DNA from: Squalus acanthias | Lineage: Eukaryota | NCBI GenBank assembly: GCA_030390025.1 | Contig: CM059432.1 | Location: 131,256,001 to 131,320,000 of the forward strand | DNA length: 64,000 bases | Direction of reading: 5' to 3' | In this document: positions 37,900 through 52,408 of the stretch, in pieces | How positions within the stretch are numbered: the first letter of the stretch is position 1 | How the letters are laid out: the number at the start of each line of letters is the position of its first letter | Notes under the pieces: generated by a model | The model's database searches: none | Seen by the model: the letters and a program-made list of their open reading frames with translations, nothing else | Told to the model about the DNA's origin: nothing | Position numbers and translations under genes: made by a program

Positions 37900-40800
37900 C
37901 TGCATATGGCAGAGTGAGAGAAGGTGATGTTGGAGATCCAAGTTTATTTGCTTTATACTGCTATTGCACTTTGTGTAACTTAGACTGAGATAAATACAGC
38001 TGCCTGGATTGCCTAGTCAAGATAGAAGTGAGCACTGTGTGAGATTTGAAGAGTCTGTTGAACGATTTCTGCAATTTGGAAACATTTTTTCATGCTGCCT
38101 GTTTTGCTTTTTTTTTCTACTGAGACCAGCATTTGATTGTGACTGCCTCTCACAGTTTCTTATTCTTACAGTAAGATTTTCAGACCCCTCCCCACCCCTC
38201 CCGGTAGTCAGAGCAACTCAGGAGCAGGTATGGCTTTTCCCATGGGCATATCACTCTGTGCTATTATTATGGAGTAGGATGAAGAGCAGCACAGGTTGGT
38301 GTAAAGAAAAGTCAGGCATCATTTCAGAAAGATGCAGCCCACCAGATATTTCTCCCCACCCCCACCCCCACCCCCACCCCGCCAAAGAATCTACAGGCAG
38401 CACAGGTTATATGTGGACCTCTCGGAGGAGCTCTGCATCAGAAGAGTTTGCTTCTCCAAAACTGCAATAGCGCATCTCTGTGACCTGCTGCAAGACCACC
38501 TGAGGCCACACATTAGCCCACACTGCTCTCTGTGGCAATGAAGGTCAATACGGCCCTCAACTTTTACAGTGCAAACTCATTTCAGGCAGCCAATGAACAG
38601 TAAGAGGATGTGTTCGCCAGATCACTGATGTCCTTTACAGCAGGTCATCCCAGTTCATAAAGGTTAAGATTACAGCGAGGCAGAAGAAAGGGCTATATAA
38701 TTCTATGAGGCTGCTGGCTTTCTCAAGGTCATGGGTGCATTTGATGGCACCCATATCACACTGAAGGTACTCACAGAACTCCCTCCTCACCTACGTGAAC
38801 AGGAAGGGATTGGACTCCTTGAATGTACAGATAGTTTGTGACAGCACTCAGAAGATCCTCTTTATCAATATACTCATATACCCAATATGCAGGAAGCTGC
38901 CATGACGCCTGCATCCTCCTGCATTTGGCTCTCCCTGACCTCTTCAGGGAAGAAAACCACATCAACAGATGGCTGCTGGGTGACAAGGCGTACCCCCTGC
39001 TGCCATGGCTGATGATCGCAATTAGAGCGTCCAGAACAGAAGCAGAGGAGCAGTACAACAAGGCATATGCATTTATCAGGCTGGTGATAGAACCGTGAAG
39101 GCACAGTCTCACTACCTAGAAAGGTCAGGAGGGGCTCTGCAGTATGCTCAGGTCTCCTGGATAGCGATAGCCTGTTGCACCCATCACAACTTTACCATTC
39201 AGGAAAAGCTGCAGCTTGACATGGCTGAGGAGGAAGCCTTGGCTCTGGTGGATAACAACTGCATGAGGCAGCAGAGGGCAGATAGTCTCTGAAGTCATCT
39301 CAGTGTAACTCAGCCTACCTTGAACACCACAATATGACCTTCCTCTCCCCCACATGCAAATAGGGAGATGTCCTTAAACTACTACCCATCCTATTTCATG
39401 ACAACATATCAGCTCTCTTTGGCCCAACATGACCGTGCCAGTAATCATTACCCGAGTAATAAGCCAGCACCAAATTATTGTACTCTTTCCGTTATGACCG
39501 TAATTTCCATGAATAACAAAGGACCATACCAGAACACAGTCTGTTTTAATATGATAATAGCAAAGTACAAACACCCTACTCTTATCCAACACCATGACTC
39601 CCCTGGGTGCCTACACACTCCTTTCTATCACCTACTCTAGTACTCCTTCTAAGTGCCAGCTGACAGCCTGGATCGTGGGGTGGCTGCCTTCTGACGCTGT
39701 ACAGAAAGATCGTAGAACTGTGGTGGCACTCATTTCATTGCAGCTGGCTCCTGGCAGGGAACCGCTGCTGGCTACATCTCTGGAAAGTACTCCTGGATAG
39801 CCCAGCTGTGTGGGGAATAGGCTTTTGTTCTCCCCTTCCTCATCATCATATGTGATGAGAGAGAAAGATGTCCCCTTCTCCTGCTCATCATCATCATCTT
39901 CCGTCCTCCTGCAATTGCTATGGCAAATCTGCAGGAAAGGGAAGAATGTACGAATGGATAAGCATTAACCCTTTGTGATTAAGGAGACAGAGAAATGGGT
40001 AGAAGGTTAAATCTACATGGTACTTCAGAGGGATGCTAGGGCAACACTGTAGGTGCACAGTCACTAACCTGGTGTCAGCAAGATGCCGCCGACTTCACCC
40101 TCTCCCATGGCAGGAGCCAAGTGAGTGTCCATGAGATCCATGGTCTTGTCCTTGAAGGAGTGAGGGGTTTGAAGGTGGGAATGCCCCCTCCTGTGGTGAG
40201 TATTGTGTGCCAATTTGTCTTAAAAGAAGAAAAAGTAAATGGCAATGACATGGTAGAGATGAAGTAAGCGATGTAGAGGTATGAGGCTGTTAAAGTGGAT
40301 GAAGGGTTTTCAGGTTGTGCATGCTAGTTCTTGGTGTTACTGGAGCTGTATACTCAGTACAGAATACCGAGTTAGAGCTGGTTTTAACCAGAGTGCACTG
40401 TGAACGGTTAGTTGTGGAAATGTTGCTTTAAGAGGGTGAAGAGTATGCCACTGTGCTACCTTGCTAACCCTGGTGAGGTCGTTGAACTTTTTCTGGCACC
40501 GTTTTGCACCTAGTGCCACCTCCCTCCAGGTGGCAGGAGTGACATTTCTAGGTGGCTTGGTGGCACACATACCCGGGAGTCTGTGCCTCCTGCCTTCAAA
40601 CTGCTCGAGGAGGGCTTGGAGGTCTGTATCTGTAAAATTTGATGTTCTTCTACTGAATGGCGCTTGCATGGTCATAATTCTTTACAAGTGTAATAGAAGT
40701 ATTGCTAAGACATGCAGTGAAGTTATTAGACCATGAAATGAAAGAGCCAAGCTTTGTTGCTCTCTTACCTGTTTGTCCCCAGTCTGCTGCTGAAGAGTTC

Positions 40801-40999
40801 AGGCTGAACAGTGATTTTAAAGGCTGCACAGATGTTCCCATGCAGTTCATCTGTTTATACCTGTTTTGCACCAGTTCCTGCACCTATGGGTGTGCAAATG
40901 AGCAGACCCAGGAAACTTGCGTTTAACTCCCTCTGCAGGCCACCAGCGGGCACAAAGTTTTTCTGAAAGGTGTAAATCACATTGAGGAAATTCCAGGCC
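37900..40999 (+). mobile_element. Old decayed autonomous-type Harbinger (transposase + ~38243-39292; Myb - ~40670-39600)
   Basis: GAFDGTH, NRKG, GSCHDA, WLLGDKAYPL and RSGGALQY remnants; Myb FTDTDLQALL...CQKKFNDL; right TIR GAAATTCCAGGCC; left boundary uncertain. Confidence 0.85.
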
Positions 41000-42514
41000 T
41001 TTGAGTTTGTGGACAAGGGATGAGTACAAGCCCGTGCTTGGCTTTGATCTTTCCATGATTGAATACATTTCCAACACACACAGACAATGCTTACAAGTAA
41101 AGAATGACTACTTGTGTCAGGTACTGGAGGATGTCCGATGCTTATGGAACTATAGCCCAGCAAGGAGTCAATGTTTCCATAAAGAAAGGGAGGGAAGAAA
41201 ATTGGTGAGAAAAGATGTGGAACAAATTTTAAAAAGAGTCTTCATATTCAAAAACAAAATACAGCAAAATTGTGCCCACATTGTGCATATTGCTAGATTA
41301 CTTAATGAAGGTTCCTCATTCTTAGAAATGAGTTCAGCCTGCATAAACAAAGAGGATATTGTCAGCCAACAGAGGGAAAAATCACTGTCACAAATAACAG
41401 TATACCAGGTAATAGAGAACTGATGTTGGAACACTGAAGAGGTACAGCTTTTAGTCAGCTTGCAGCATTGCAATATTGAAACAACTTGTTCTGAATTGAC
41501 AAGGTTATGACAGTAATGCTTGGTGAAAGCACGCAAACATCTTCAGGTAGATGCCTTACAGATAGCTTCAAGAAAAACTTTCCATGTTATTCCAAGTGGC
41601 TATTGCATAGGGCTCTAAGTTTCCTGCTATGTCATGCCCTACTAGAAAATAATGTAAGTGGTACTCCACAAGGGTAATTTTCTAGCCTTATGCTCCCAGT
41701 AGGATAATTATGAACCCACATTTCCGATGTGCACTCTCAGTAGTGGCGGCTTCCTGCTAAAAGCACAAAGTTGGAAAATTACCCCTCATTACTCAATTCA
41801 TTAATCTCTGCGTAGTGATAGGTTTGCCCAGAGTTTTGATCCTACATGAAACAAATTATCCAGGTTGGGAAAACTTTTGGTTCTATCGATGTTGAAGGCT
41901 GATTCTGTGTGTATCTTAAACAAAATGATGTGAATGAGAACTGTGAGGTGTTGGATAAAACTGCAAGTGATTCTTGAGACAAGCAAAATTCAGATACAGT
42001 TTAGCAAATGTTATCTCAAAACTGCTACATCTACATGCCCAAAACATACTGGAAACCCATGTGATGGACACAAGAATTTCTGCCTTTGTATAATTTTTGC
42101 TAGGGTAAATCCAAATAAAAAATAGCTTCAATCAGCCACATCTCTGCATTGTTTCGTGCAAGGAATGGTTTGTTCTGTGTCAATGTTAGTATCCAGATGG
42201 CCAATACACATGGCTATTTGTACATAATGTACTGGTACATATGCTGATCTTGTCAATATATTCAACATATATATGCTGTCCAAAATGGGTTTTCATTGTT
42301 TCAGTCTATGTTTAACTGGCCAAAACACATTAGGGCCGAGTTTCATCTGGGACATTAAGGAGAGAAAATAGGAGTGGAGTCCCAGAATGCCAGGCCTGTG
42401 CTCTGTTTGCATTTGATATTTATTCACTATTACTGTTGGTGGCACTTTACTGCCAAAACCAGGTAGTGAAACCACCTTCTATTGGTGTTGTGTCTCCACA
42501 GGCCTATACCCATC

Positions 42515-42827
42515 TGCTTTTCGGATGAGATGTTAAACTGAGGCCCTGTCTGCTCTCTCAGGTGGACATAAAAGATCCCATGGCGTTATTTTGAAGAGCA
42601 GGGGAGTTAACCCCGGTGCCCTGGCCAATACTTATCCCTTAATCACTAAAACAGATTATCTGACCATTATCACATTGCTGTTTGTGGGAGCTTGCTGTGC
42701 GCAAATTGGCTGCTGCTTTTTCTACATTACAACAGTGACTACACTTCAAACGCACTTCATTGGCTGTAAAGCGCTTTGGGATGTCCTTAGGTCGTGAAAG
42801 GTGCTATATAAAGGCAAGTGTTTCTTT
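42515..42827 (+). mobile_element. Deu-domain SINE (SacSINE1/AmnSINE-like), 5'-truncated
   Basis: tttcggatgagatgttaaactgaggccc...aaaagatcccatgg...gaagagcagggg Deu core, and tail aaaggtgctatataaaggcaagtgtttcttt; recognised from memory. Confidence 0.8.
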
Positions 42828-43248
42828 AAGTGCTACTGATGGCAGGACAAACAGGAAAGAGGCCAGTAAGTGTATCGATGTTTCTCTTTCATTAGTTTTA
42901 CGATTGTGCTAACTCGGAGTATCCTTCATGTGTTAACCTTCAAAAAAAAGTTTTTTTTTTTTTTACAAACTTTTTTCAGTAAAAGAAGCTACGCTACTTT
43001 GGAATAAGTTATTGTACTGATACCAATTTTCATAGATTAAATAGTGAATTGAATTTAACTTATTTTTGAAGGAAGGGAGCGTTGCCAGTTACTTGAGCAC
43101 TGAAAATGCGTGGGCTAGCAATCGCAGTATGGCGCCTGCCTGGGACTTGCTCCACTACCCTGCCAAAGTTAGAAACACGGCAGGAGTGTGCCAGCAGAGC
43201 CTAGTATTTTCAGCCCCTTTTTCTCTTACCGAGCACAAAAGCTCATAC

Positions 43249-43409
43249 CTTCTATGAACTGAAGTGCAGCCTTAATGTGTAAAGTTTCTGACAATGCAGT
43301 GTTCTCACTTATGCTGCTGTTAAGCTCACTAGAAACAGTAGGAGATGCCTCAAACTCGCCTGGTCTCTTTAACTGACAAACAAATAACTGACCGACTGTG
43401 TATCTCATG
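43249..43409 (-). CDS. Possible host gene B downstream exon (161 nt): MRYTVGQLFVCQLKRPGEFEASPTVSSELNSSISENTALSETLHIKAALQFIE
   Basis: Acceptor tttgtag, donor AG|GTATGA, open frame in unique DNA; connection to upstream exons is unproven. Confidence 0.35.
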
Positions 43410-44020
43410 CTACAAATTATGAAGCAGGTTTATTAAGAAATAAAATTAGCAGAAGAGCAAACTCAACATATTTCATTAGGATACAAAAACAAGCATACAG
43501 TCCATATTTCAAAACAATAAAAATGTCTTTAAATTCTAGACACTCTAATATTACACTTGTACCTTGGACCAATGTCTGTGATGCAAAGTATATATGTAAA
43601 ATTGGTTATTCATGGAGTCCTTCATCATGGAGAACAATTTTTTAAGGGAAATTATGTAATTTGATACAGAAGATTTTCTTAAACTTCTGTTATTAAAGCA
43701 GCATGCACTACATTTAAACTCCATAAACAATTTTATTTCTAGATTATCTCACTCACTACATTAATATATCTTTTAAAGTATACACTGATGCACCCCATTC
43801 TTGTAAAACGTATTTCTCAATAGTTGTATAAATAATTCTATGATGATTCAGTCTGATCAACAGCTTTTCCTGTTGCTCATTATGCAAAGTACGTTAGCTG
43901 TCCTCTGTAGTCTTGTAGTATTTGTCTTGTCTGCAAAAAACAATTTGATTATATTAGCTGCCTCAGTGGTTACAATATGAAAAGCTCAGTTCATAGAATG
44001 TGAATGTATTTGATAGTCAA

Positions 44021-44021
<1 letters not shown>

Positions 44022-44051
<30 letters not shown>
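44022..44051. repeat. (TA)n microsatellite
   Basis: Visible directly. Confidence 0.95.
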
Positions 44052-44054
<3 letters not shown>

Positions 44055-44099
44055 TACACACACACATATATACTATATATGTGCAATATGTATCTTCAG

Positions 44100-46106
44100 T
44101 GATTCAGGCCCCAAATAAGATGCCTCCACTATCTTTAATGCATTGATGATCCCCAGCCTCTCAGTGCTATGCTAACTCTTGTCCCTTTTCTCTTTCCTCC
44201 AGGCTCACAGCCCACAGAAGCACCTCTGGGGCAGAGGATCCTGAGGAAACATTGTCACGAGCTTTGTCACTCCCAAGCACCAGCACAGAGATTGGCACAC
44301 TCACTGGGTAAGTTAGAAGTGTCTGCACATGGTAATGCACCCAGCTCTAGTGAGCAGCAGCAGATGCTAATGGCAGGGACAGCCCAGAAGACAGCTTGCT
44401 GGAGGGCGGGGTCCTTGCCCAGCTCTGCTGAGGAGGACATAGATGAAGACTTCAGGGGCCCAGCTACAAGAAGAAAACTGCTTGCTTCGCACAAGCAGTT
44501 ATATCAGGTATTGGAAGGCCTGCCGAGGAGTTTCACCACCGTGGGTGACAGTATGGAGGAGTCTGCATTCCGCCTGTATAATGTCATCTCGCATGGCATC
44601 ACCACTTTGCAGTCTACCTTGGTGTATGGCCACCTCTAGGGAAGCTGCATCTAGGCCCTCACAACAGGAGTCAATGTTCACCAGCCTATGCAGCTTTGGT
44701 GGAAGCTAAAATGACTGCCATGCAGGCGCTGGACTCCAACCTGTGCTCCTTGGAGAGATTGGTGGACACATGGATGGGGCATTGAAGACATCACTCATCT
44801 CCTGCAGTCTGCTCTCCCGCAGATCAGAGGAAGTGTTGAACCCCAGCCTCATGCAGTGGCACAGCAGCAGCAGCAGCATGTGTTGCCCTCTCTCAGGATG
44901 TCAGCACGTCTGCTCCCTTGCCACTCCTTCAACCAACACCAACCATGCCGCCAGCAAGGCCAGACTGAAGTGCTGCAGTCTATATTCATCCCCTCAGAGG
45001 CTCGAGCTGCCATAAATCCTTCTGCAGAGATTACACCAGTTGAACATTAATGGAGTGGAAGTCCTTCCTGTTGACAAAGGCTGCTGGCTTGTCTTCTGGT
45101 ACCCTGATAGCTAAATGAGTGCAGTCTACTATGCCCTGGAGGCTAGGGAAGCTGGCCACTGCTGCAAATCCTAGAGCTCTCTCATTCTTGATGTTGGTGT
45201 CCATTGGGAAGGTAATGTACTGGTTTGCTCTAGCAAAGAGGTCATTGGTGAACTGCTTGATGCAGTTGTGCACTGCACACTGGGAGATACGGAGTTATCC
45301 CCTGTAGCAAGTTGGAAGGAGCCTGAGGCAAAACAAAACAGTGGTGACTTTGCCAGCCATTGGCAAAGCATGGCCCCTTGGTCTAACAGGCAGCAGGTCC
45401 TACAGCAATAAGCTGCATAAGTCAGCAACAGTCTGCCTGGTGAAGTGCAGCCTCCTCATGCACTGCTCCTCAGAAATATCCAAGAAACTAACTCTTGACA
45501 TATAGACCCTGTGGGCTGGGTAAAGACTTCTACGAGCAGCACCCCTCACCTGCTATCTTCTAACAGGCCCACCTGCTGCTTGTGCTTGTTGAGTTTTTTG
45601 CTGGCTCTCTTTCTCCAACTGTTCATCCATCCAAAGGAGTGAAGCAAATACCGCACCCGTGATAAGCAGTGAGTGCTTAATCAGGGTCGGTAAGGGGAAA
45701 AGAAATGAGAAAGAAACAAACTGGAAACTCAGAACTGCCTTCGAAATGCACTTCTCACATTAGCACACAGATTCTAAGAGCTGTATACTTGCAGGTGAGT
45801 GCCCCTTTAAATGCAGTTTCCAGTCATGTTAGTCAGTTTGTGAAGCCAATCCTGCTAGGTTTTACTCAGCGCGTTTGTCGCTGGGCAGGACTTCTTATCC
45901 ACCCAGTTAAAATCGCATTGGGAACCTAATGATGTCATAGGACCCCCAATTTGAATTTATTCTCTTCTGGTGGGTGCGTTTGCTGCTTGAGTCAGCTCCG
46001 GAGTTAAAATGGCGGTCGGCATGAACGGGGCGGTAAGTGGATTTTTGAGATTTTATCTGATTACCCATCCTGTTCCTGCCACGTGGTTTGGCTTAAAATT
46101 GGGGCC
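44100..46106 (-). mobile_element. Decayed Harbinger fragment (Myb exon 3 on +, transposase N-half on -)
   Basis: QGIVDCTH and FVNRKDFHSINVQLV on - strand 45031-45273; Myb exon-3-like peptide after cctccag at ~44203; right TIR AAAATTGGGGCC. Confidence 0.85.
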
Positions 46107-47169
46107 CTCATTTTTAAATGGCTGTACTGGGCCTAAACCTCATGTGCCAGATTTTAATTTGTGCCTGTAAGAATATGAATCATGTGGACATTTTATGCCA
46201 ATTAGGGAGGATTGCTGGTATCGAGCAGGCACTTGCAGTTTAATGATTAATGAGCATTGGTAATAGCAATTTGAATCTACCCTTAATAATGTTCTGGGAA
46301 ATTATTTTTTCTTAAAAACAAATAATCTCCTCTGTTAAATAGCTGGAATCCTTTCCCAGTGGGACAGATCTTTATTTGTCAATGCTTTATCATTGGGCTA
46401 GATAAGCCTCCCTAAATTGACATGCTGGTAGCAATCATTCTTTTAAGGTATTAATCACCTTGAATATCAATGAAGGCGATTAAAATAAGTAAATGAAAGC
46501 CTTAATATTCAGACTGGAAAATAGATGGGGCAGAGACCCTGGCTTGTTTCAGTACATTCCAAAGCTTGTGTTCCTCCAGTCAAAAATAGATCTCTATGAC
46601 TATTTATAGAATTAAAAAAATAAAGCTTTGTCATTTGATTAGCTTAAAACACAAAACTCCATTGTAAAAGTAATCTGTCACCGAAAAATATTAAATTTGT
46701 AACAAAATGTTTGAGATTTGACTGCAAACTAAAAGTAATAATGTAGTACCTCTCTATGACTCAATATTTTTGGATTTCTTGTTTAAAGCAGCTATTAAAG
46801 CAGAGTTCTTCTTCTCCAACCTTGGAATTAAAAAAATAGATTTTTTGCATGTTATTTATTACAATTTGAATTTCAATTGACTTTGTCAATCATAAATTCC
46901 CCTTCCCAATTATAAATCAGTCGTGCTATTTACTTGGTTACCTGTTCAAAGCTAAATTGTATATATCAGAATTCTGTTACATACCATAATTTTCACTATC
47001 CAATCTGGATCACATTTCAGAGACAGAAAACAGTGACAAACTTTCTTTAGAAGTGAGTTGAGTAGTGAGAATGAACGAATGTGCATTTATATAGAATAGT
47101 AGAATAACCGAACTAGGAGGGGCAGTGGAATGGAAGGATAAAGCTCATAAGTTATAGAATGAGTTAGAC

Positions 47170-48500
47170 AAAGTATGTATGTGTACAGAAAAATGGCAGA
47201 TGAAAATTAATGGGTGATACATGTACTCCATGGATGGTGTTGAAATAGCTAAAGATGAAGTTGAAAGAGACCGAGGAGTCTTAATAGACTCAACACTAAA
47301 CAACCAATGCTGATGAGCAATCAACAAAGCTAATTGAATGTTGAACTATATATCCAAAACAGTAGAATACAAGTCAGAAGAAGTCATGATCAAACTATAT
47401 AGTGCTCTGGTCAGACCACATCTTGAGTACTGTGCCCAGTCCTGATCGCTGAGAAACAAGAGAGATACTCAAGTGCTGGAGGCAGTTCACAGAAAAGCCA
47501 CGAGACCGATCCGTAGTGTAAAAGGTCGAAGTTAAAAGACTGGAGATACTTGGAGCCCAAAATTCTGATCGGGTCCAAGGACAGAGGGCAGGTGATTACC
47601 CGTCTTTGCCAGAATTTGGGCAAAACCTGGTTCTGCTGGAATTCTGCACTTTTTTAAAGCTCCAGTCATTTTCTGGTGGGGGGGGGGGGGCATAAGCAGA
47701 TCTGCTGCCCATGCCTCCATGTCAAGGAGCTGTGTCTAGGGGACATCTTGGGTTACCCCAGGAATGCTGTCCAGTATATCCTTATAAAGCCTCAGCAGAA
47801 CTCTTGCCAGTTGAGGGCTGGCGTGAGTGCTGCTGAGGTCCTATGAAAGGCCCCAGGCAAAGTTAATCAATTACCTTAAACTTCTTACCTTAAAGCTCCT
47901 TTTGGAGCTGAAGAGCTTTTAGACATTTTTAATCTTTGCCCCTGGAAGGGCTTTGTGCGCACCTTTGCAGAGCCACCTTCTCTCAGTGGATCAGGGCAGG
48001 CATCACTGATCTGTCTTTGGAGGTGCTGGTGACTAACGCCAATTTTGCAGATGACTCCATCCCTGCAATTTGGGATGGGGTCTACTGCTTTGGGCATGGG
48101 CGCACATGCAGCTCACTTAACTACACTTGTGCCAGCAATCAGAATTTCAGCCTTTTGGCGTTTTAAGCCTGGAAAGGAGGTGTCTTGAGAGGTGATCTTT
48201 ATACAGGTATACAAGATAGTTAAGGATATGGAAAAGATAAATCTGGAATAATACTTTAACTTGTGAGAATAAGACAAGGGGACAGGGTTTAAACTAGTAA
48301 AAGGCAAATTTAGGACTGATAACAGGAAGTTCCTCTTCTACATAGTGATCAACACATGGAATGGACTTCCAGACAGACTACTGGAGGCAAAAACCCAGGA
48401 ATCATTTAAGAAACAATTAGATGCTGCAGTTTTGGGTTGTGGTGTCATTCTAGAGAGATAGGCCAAATGGTCTTCCGCATCCATAGTTATCTTGTGATTG
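47170..48500 (+). mobile_element. Old CR1 3' fragment interrupted by a Harbinger MITE (~47553-48154, TTG TSD)
   Basis: LVRPHLEYC and RGDLIQVYKI remnants on either side of the MITE; TIR core AAATTCTGAT / ATCAGAATTT. Confidence 0.75.
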
Positions 48501-50710
48501 GAGAAGTTCACTGCCTATCGGTGTTTTCTAATATTTTTGCATTAAACAGTAACTTTTACAGATAATATGACATAGTATTCCACCCCAATACACCTACAAA
48601 ATTCTGTTGCGTTACACATTTTCTACATATATATCAAAGTTTGTGTTAGCTAATTTTGTCATAAAACATGTGTGTTCAGTATAAATTTTGATTTTTTTTT
48701 AAAAGTTAAGGTTTTTAAGTATTGATGGTTTTCTGATTTTGGGGGAAGAAAGGGATAATAATTTTTGGTTTATTAAAAAACACAATTTTGTCCTTTAACT
48801 ATTAAATTCAGTTTTCCACCAAATCTCAAGCTCCAGATTTTCTCCATTAGGTGTACTGAGAGAGCATGAATGGTTTTGAATCTCAAAACTTAAATGCATA
48901 ACTTTTATTCTGCTTTAATGCTCTTTTGTGCTCAGTTAAGTACAAAATCAGTGTTACCTCAGAATCTGCAAATTAAACATCCGGAGTCTCTGGTCAGCAA
49001 ATTGGACTATTTTGTTCAAACCATCGACCTGTTAAAAAAAGCGCACATTTGGCAATGAGGAGAGATTAGATAACAATGAAACTCTCAACACTTAACTAAT
49101 GCAAAATTAAAATTACTGTTAAATAAAAATATAGATTACCTACTTTGGTAGGTCTTCTTAATGCTTCAAATAATGCCAGCTTCCTAATACAATAGAATTA
49201 GCCTGTACTTTAAACTTGTACTTGAAGGGAGGGAGAGGAATCAAAGGAATTCTGTCCCTTTTAAGATGTTTTATACCCGATGTGATCCTTCTCTGGAAGG
49301 TACTCTATTTAGTTATGTGCATCATTTGCTTTAGCCACCAGATTAAGGCATGTAGAAGATAGAATGATTGGAAAACTAAGGAATTTGCTTGGAGCATTGG
49401 GCACAATGTGGGGGGCGGGGGGGGGGGGGAGGGAGGTGGGAGTAGTGGCTGAAAACGGCTGCTAGAAGCTAGGAGCAGGACGAAAATTGGATGGGGCCTG
49501 AAAATGTTGGTTGTATACCCAAAAGAGAATCCACTAAGCATTTCTACACAGGGTTTGGGATAGGTGGAAGTGACGTCTGCCCCATACCCCAGGGCTTTCT
49601 TCCACAGACAGATTTTCTGTGGCTTCCAACTTCCTTGCAGCCAATGATCTGGATGTCAGGAAGAAACTGATACCCAAGTCTTTGTAGGGGTGAAAATTTG
49701 ACCTACCAGGGTCATGGCCTTGAAGGCCCCAAAATTGACTCTTTAAATTTTTGCCGTTGGCTCTGTGACAAAGTAATTTTGAGGAACTTTCAGGGGAGAG
49801 GGAGGCCTGCAAGCAGCATTCCTAAACAGCAGTATGGCACTGTGTCTTCCACCCCACCTCTAGCAGGTGTCTAAGATGGGCCGATATTGGCGAGGGCACC
49901 AGACAAATTTAAAAGAGGTGACCCTGCCCTGATCCTGAATATGCCAGTGTGTCAGAAACGGAGGTCAGTGATACAGTGGGTCTGAAGATTTTTAAGCCTG
50001 CATCATTTTCTTAACACTGGGAAACCTGTCCACTCTCTAAACATGTGAAGAGGATAAAGAAAGATCATCTTTCCTGATGGTAATAAGTTGCACTGTCGTT
50101 AGCTGTGTTTCTATAGAATAAAGTGAAATATGTGGGGTGAATTTCCTCGAGGCTTCTCTTGCTCTAACGAAATAAGGTTTCTGATGAACTTCTGCCAAAT
50201 TTACAGCAGTACAGCAGGAGAAGCCCTGAAGAAATTCACCCCATCGTTCATGGCACAGGAATTGACTAATTGACCTGCAATAGGGTTGCTCACAGCAATT
50301 ATTTTAAAGTATATACTGTGAGTATTATACTTTCAAAAATATTACAACTAAAAATATGGCCTCAGCGGTATCACACCTCCAAAGCATCACATGTCCATAG
50401 GGGCAAAATATCGTGATTGGCTCAAATATAATCATGTTATCAAACCAATATGTGAATGTGTCAAAAATAGTTGCTTAAAAAGTAGCAATGTGGAAGTGGC
50501 AAAAAAATTAACCAGTCAAGTCCCTCAATTTGTTTTTTTCAAAGCAGCCATTCACTACCCAGCATGTACCACAAAACCGACTAATCAAATAGCTCATCTA
50601 CCATCTTGTTTCTTTGCTTAAATGAGTATAAACAGCTAGAAATAAAATTTATAATGTAACAAATACATAAAAATGTACATAATTTGAAAAAAAAAAATCA
50701 CTAAACTTAC

Positions 50711-50812
50711 CCATTAAAATTGGTTAAACAATGTTAGAACTGCCTGCAAGAAGTTTTGCCCATATTGGCCTTCCTTTTGTCTGGATCTTGGGCCTTGAAT
50801 TGGTAATTCCAC
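50711..50812 (-). CDS. Host gene B exon (102 nt), probably carrying the stop codon
   Basis: Strong acceptor tttttcctacag and donor GG|GTAAGT; all three frames stop near its 3' end. Confidence 0.5.
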
Positions 50813-52408
50813 CTGTAGGAAAAATGGCCCTTCTAAACCACTACTGAATTCTGGGTAAATTAAAAGGTTTAATAGTTGAATTCTAGGAGAGCTGACAAAG
50901 GACTCGAAGCCGAAAATGACAAAGGTTTTATATATTCGAATCACCAGATGTTTCTAATTAAGGAATAGTGCCAGATGAGCACAGACTTGTCAAGGTTACT
51001 AACCTACTAATTAATGGATTACACTGCCTACATAGACAAGAATAATGAACAAAGGGGCCTGAAGACATTTGATATCAAGAAGCCATGTCTGCCTATTTTG
51101 ATTTAGGTACTGGGAAAAACAATGGAGATTAGCACCTAATCTGAAGTCCTGGTCTTCTTCAAACTAATTAAAATCTGACCATTATTTTTTCTGACATGTC
51201 TATTCATCTGAACAAGACCTTAGGTAGGCTCCATTTGACAAAATTAATCACCCCGATTAGTCACGTACAATGATGTATCCCTTAAGTAGGATTTACTTTG
51301 GAAATTACAAAAGGTCATATTTTGGCCAACCAAAACACAATATTTTGGGAAAGTTAGGAGAGTCAAGGAAGTTGCAAAAAGCTTTCAAAGCAGAGGGACA
51401 ATTTTCCTGGTTTTCCTCTATAAATTACTGTTGGTTCGTCTTGATATTCAAGCCTAGAAATTCCATGATCTACTGGGGGCAAAAATGACAAATTTCTACT
51501 GCAGGGAGTTGGAAGTTGGGGCAGGACTCATTAATGCCGATCATCTGCCCCTTCTAAAATTGGTGCAATGAATTTGAGGTCCAATGCTATTTTCCCACAT
51601 GGTATAGCCCAAATTTCAGTTACAATTTTGTGTAGAAGGTGCCAGATGCTTGCTCAGAGTGACGAGAAAATCACAGACAAAGTCAACATGGACTTTTCTC
51701 ATGCATTCTAATAACCTGTTTTAGAACAATATTGGAAGAAGCCGTGTGCATGGGTCTTTTCACATCTCATTCTATTTGAGTGTGAGCAGGAGACCTGGGG
51801 TCATTCTTTTTGCTTTAACACTCCTAGTGCAAAGCTTTGTGTACCGACAGTGTGAATCAGGAATCAAAGTGTGGGCCTAAATGCCTAACATGCTCTCAAT
51901 GTGTGAAACTGTGTCAGAATGCTAAAAATTAAAATTTGCGTCAGAGGAGAAAATAAAATATCCTGCCCAAAAAGAGTACAAAAATTTGCACTTTAGCACT
52001 GTTGTTATCCAGGAGGTGCATTTTGACACAAGCTAGAGTAAACCTAACAGTTATCTACTCTAGTGCTGAAAGCAAAAATATGAACACTGACATAAATAAT
52101 ATTAATGTAACGTACACAATACTTGTACCTTGTATTGGAGTTCATTCACAGACGTGTGGAGCCTTTTATTTTCTGTTGCAAGCAATTTAAACTCATCAGA
52201 CGACTTCCCTCTATGATATTTTGTTTTTACTGCCTGAAAATTTAATGCAATGGATTCCAATTATCAATTTTACTTGACATTGACTGTACCGTGAAGATCA
52301 GTTACGATCATTTAATATTACTAATTGATGCATTGCATAGAAATATGAAAAGTATGTAATTTCTGTGCCTCTGGAATTCTGTGATTACATGTCCACAGGA
52401 TTTTTTCT

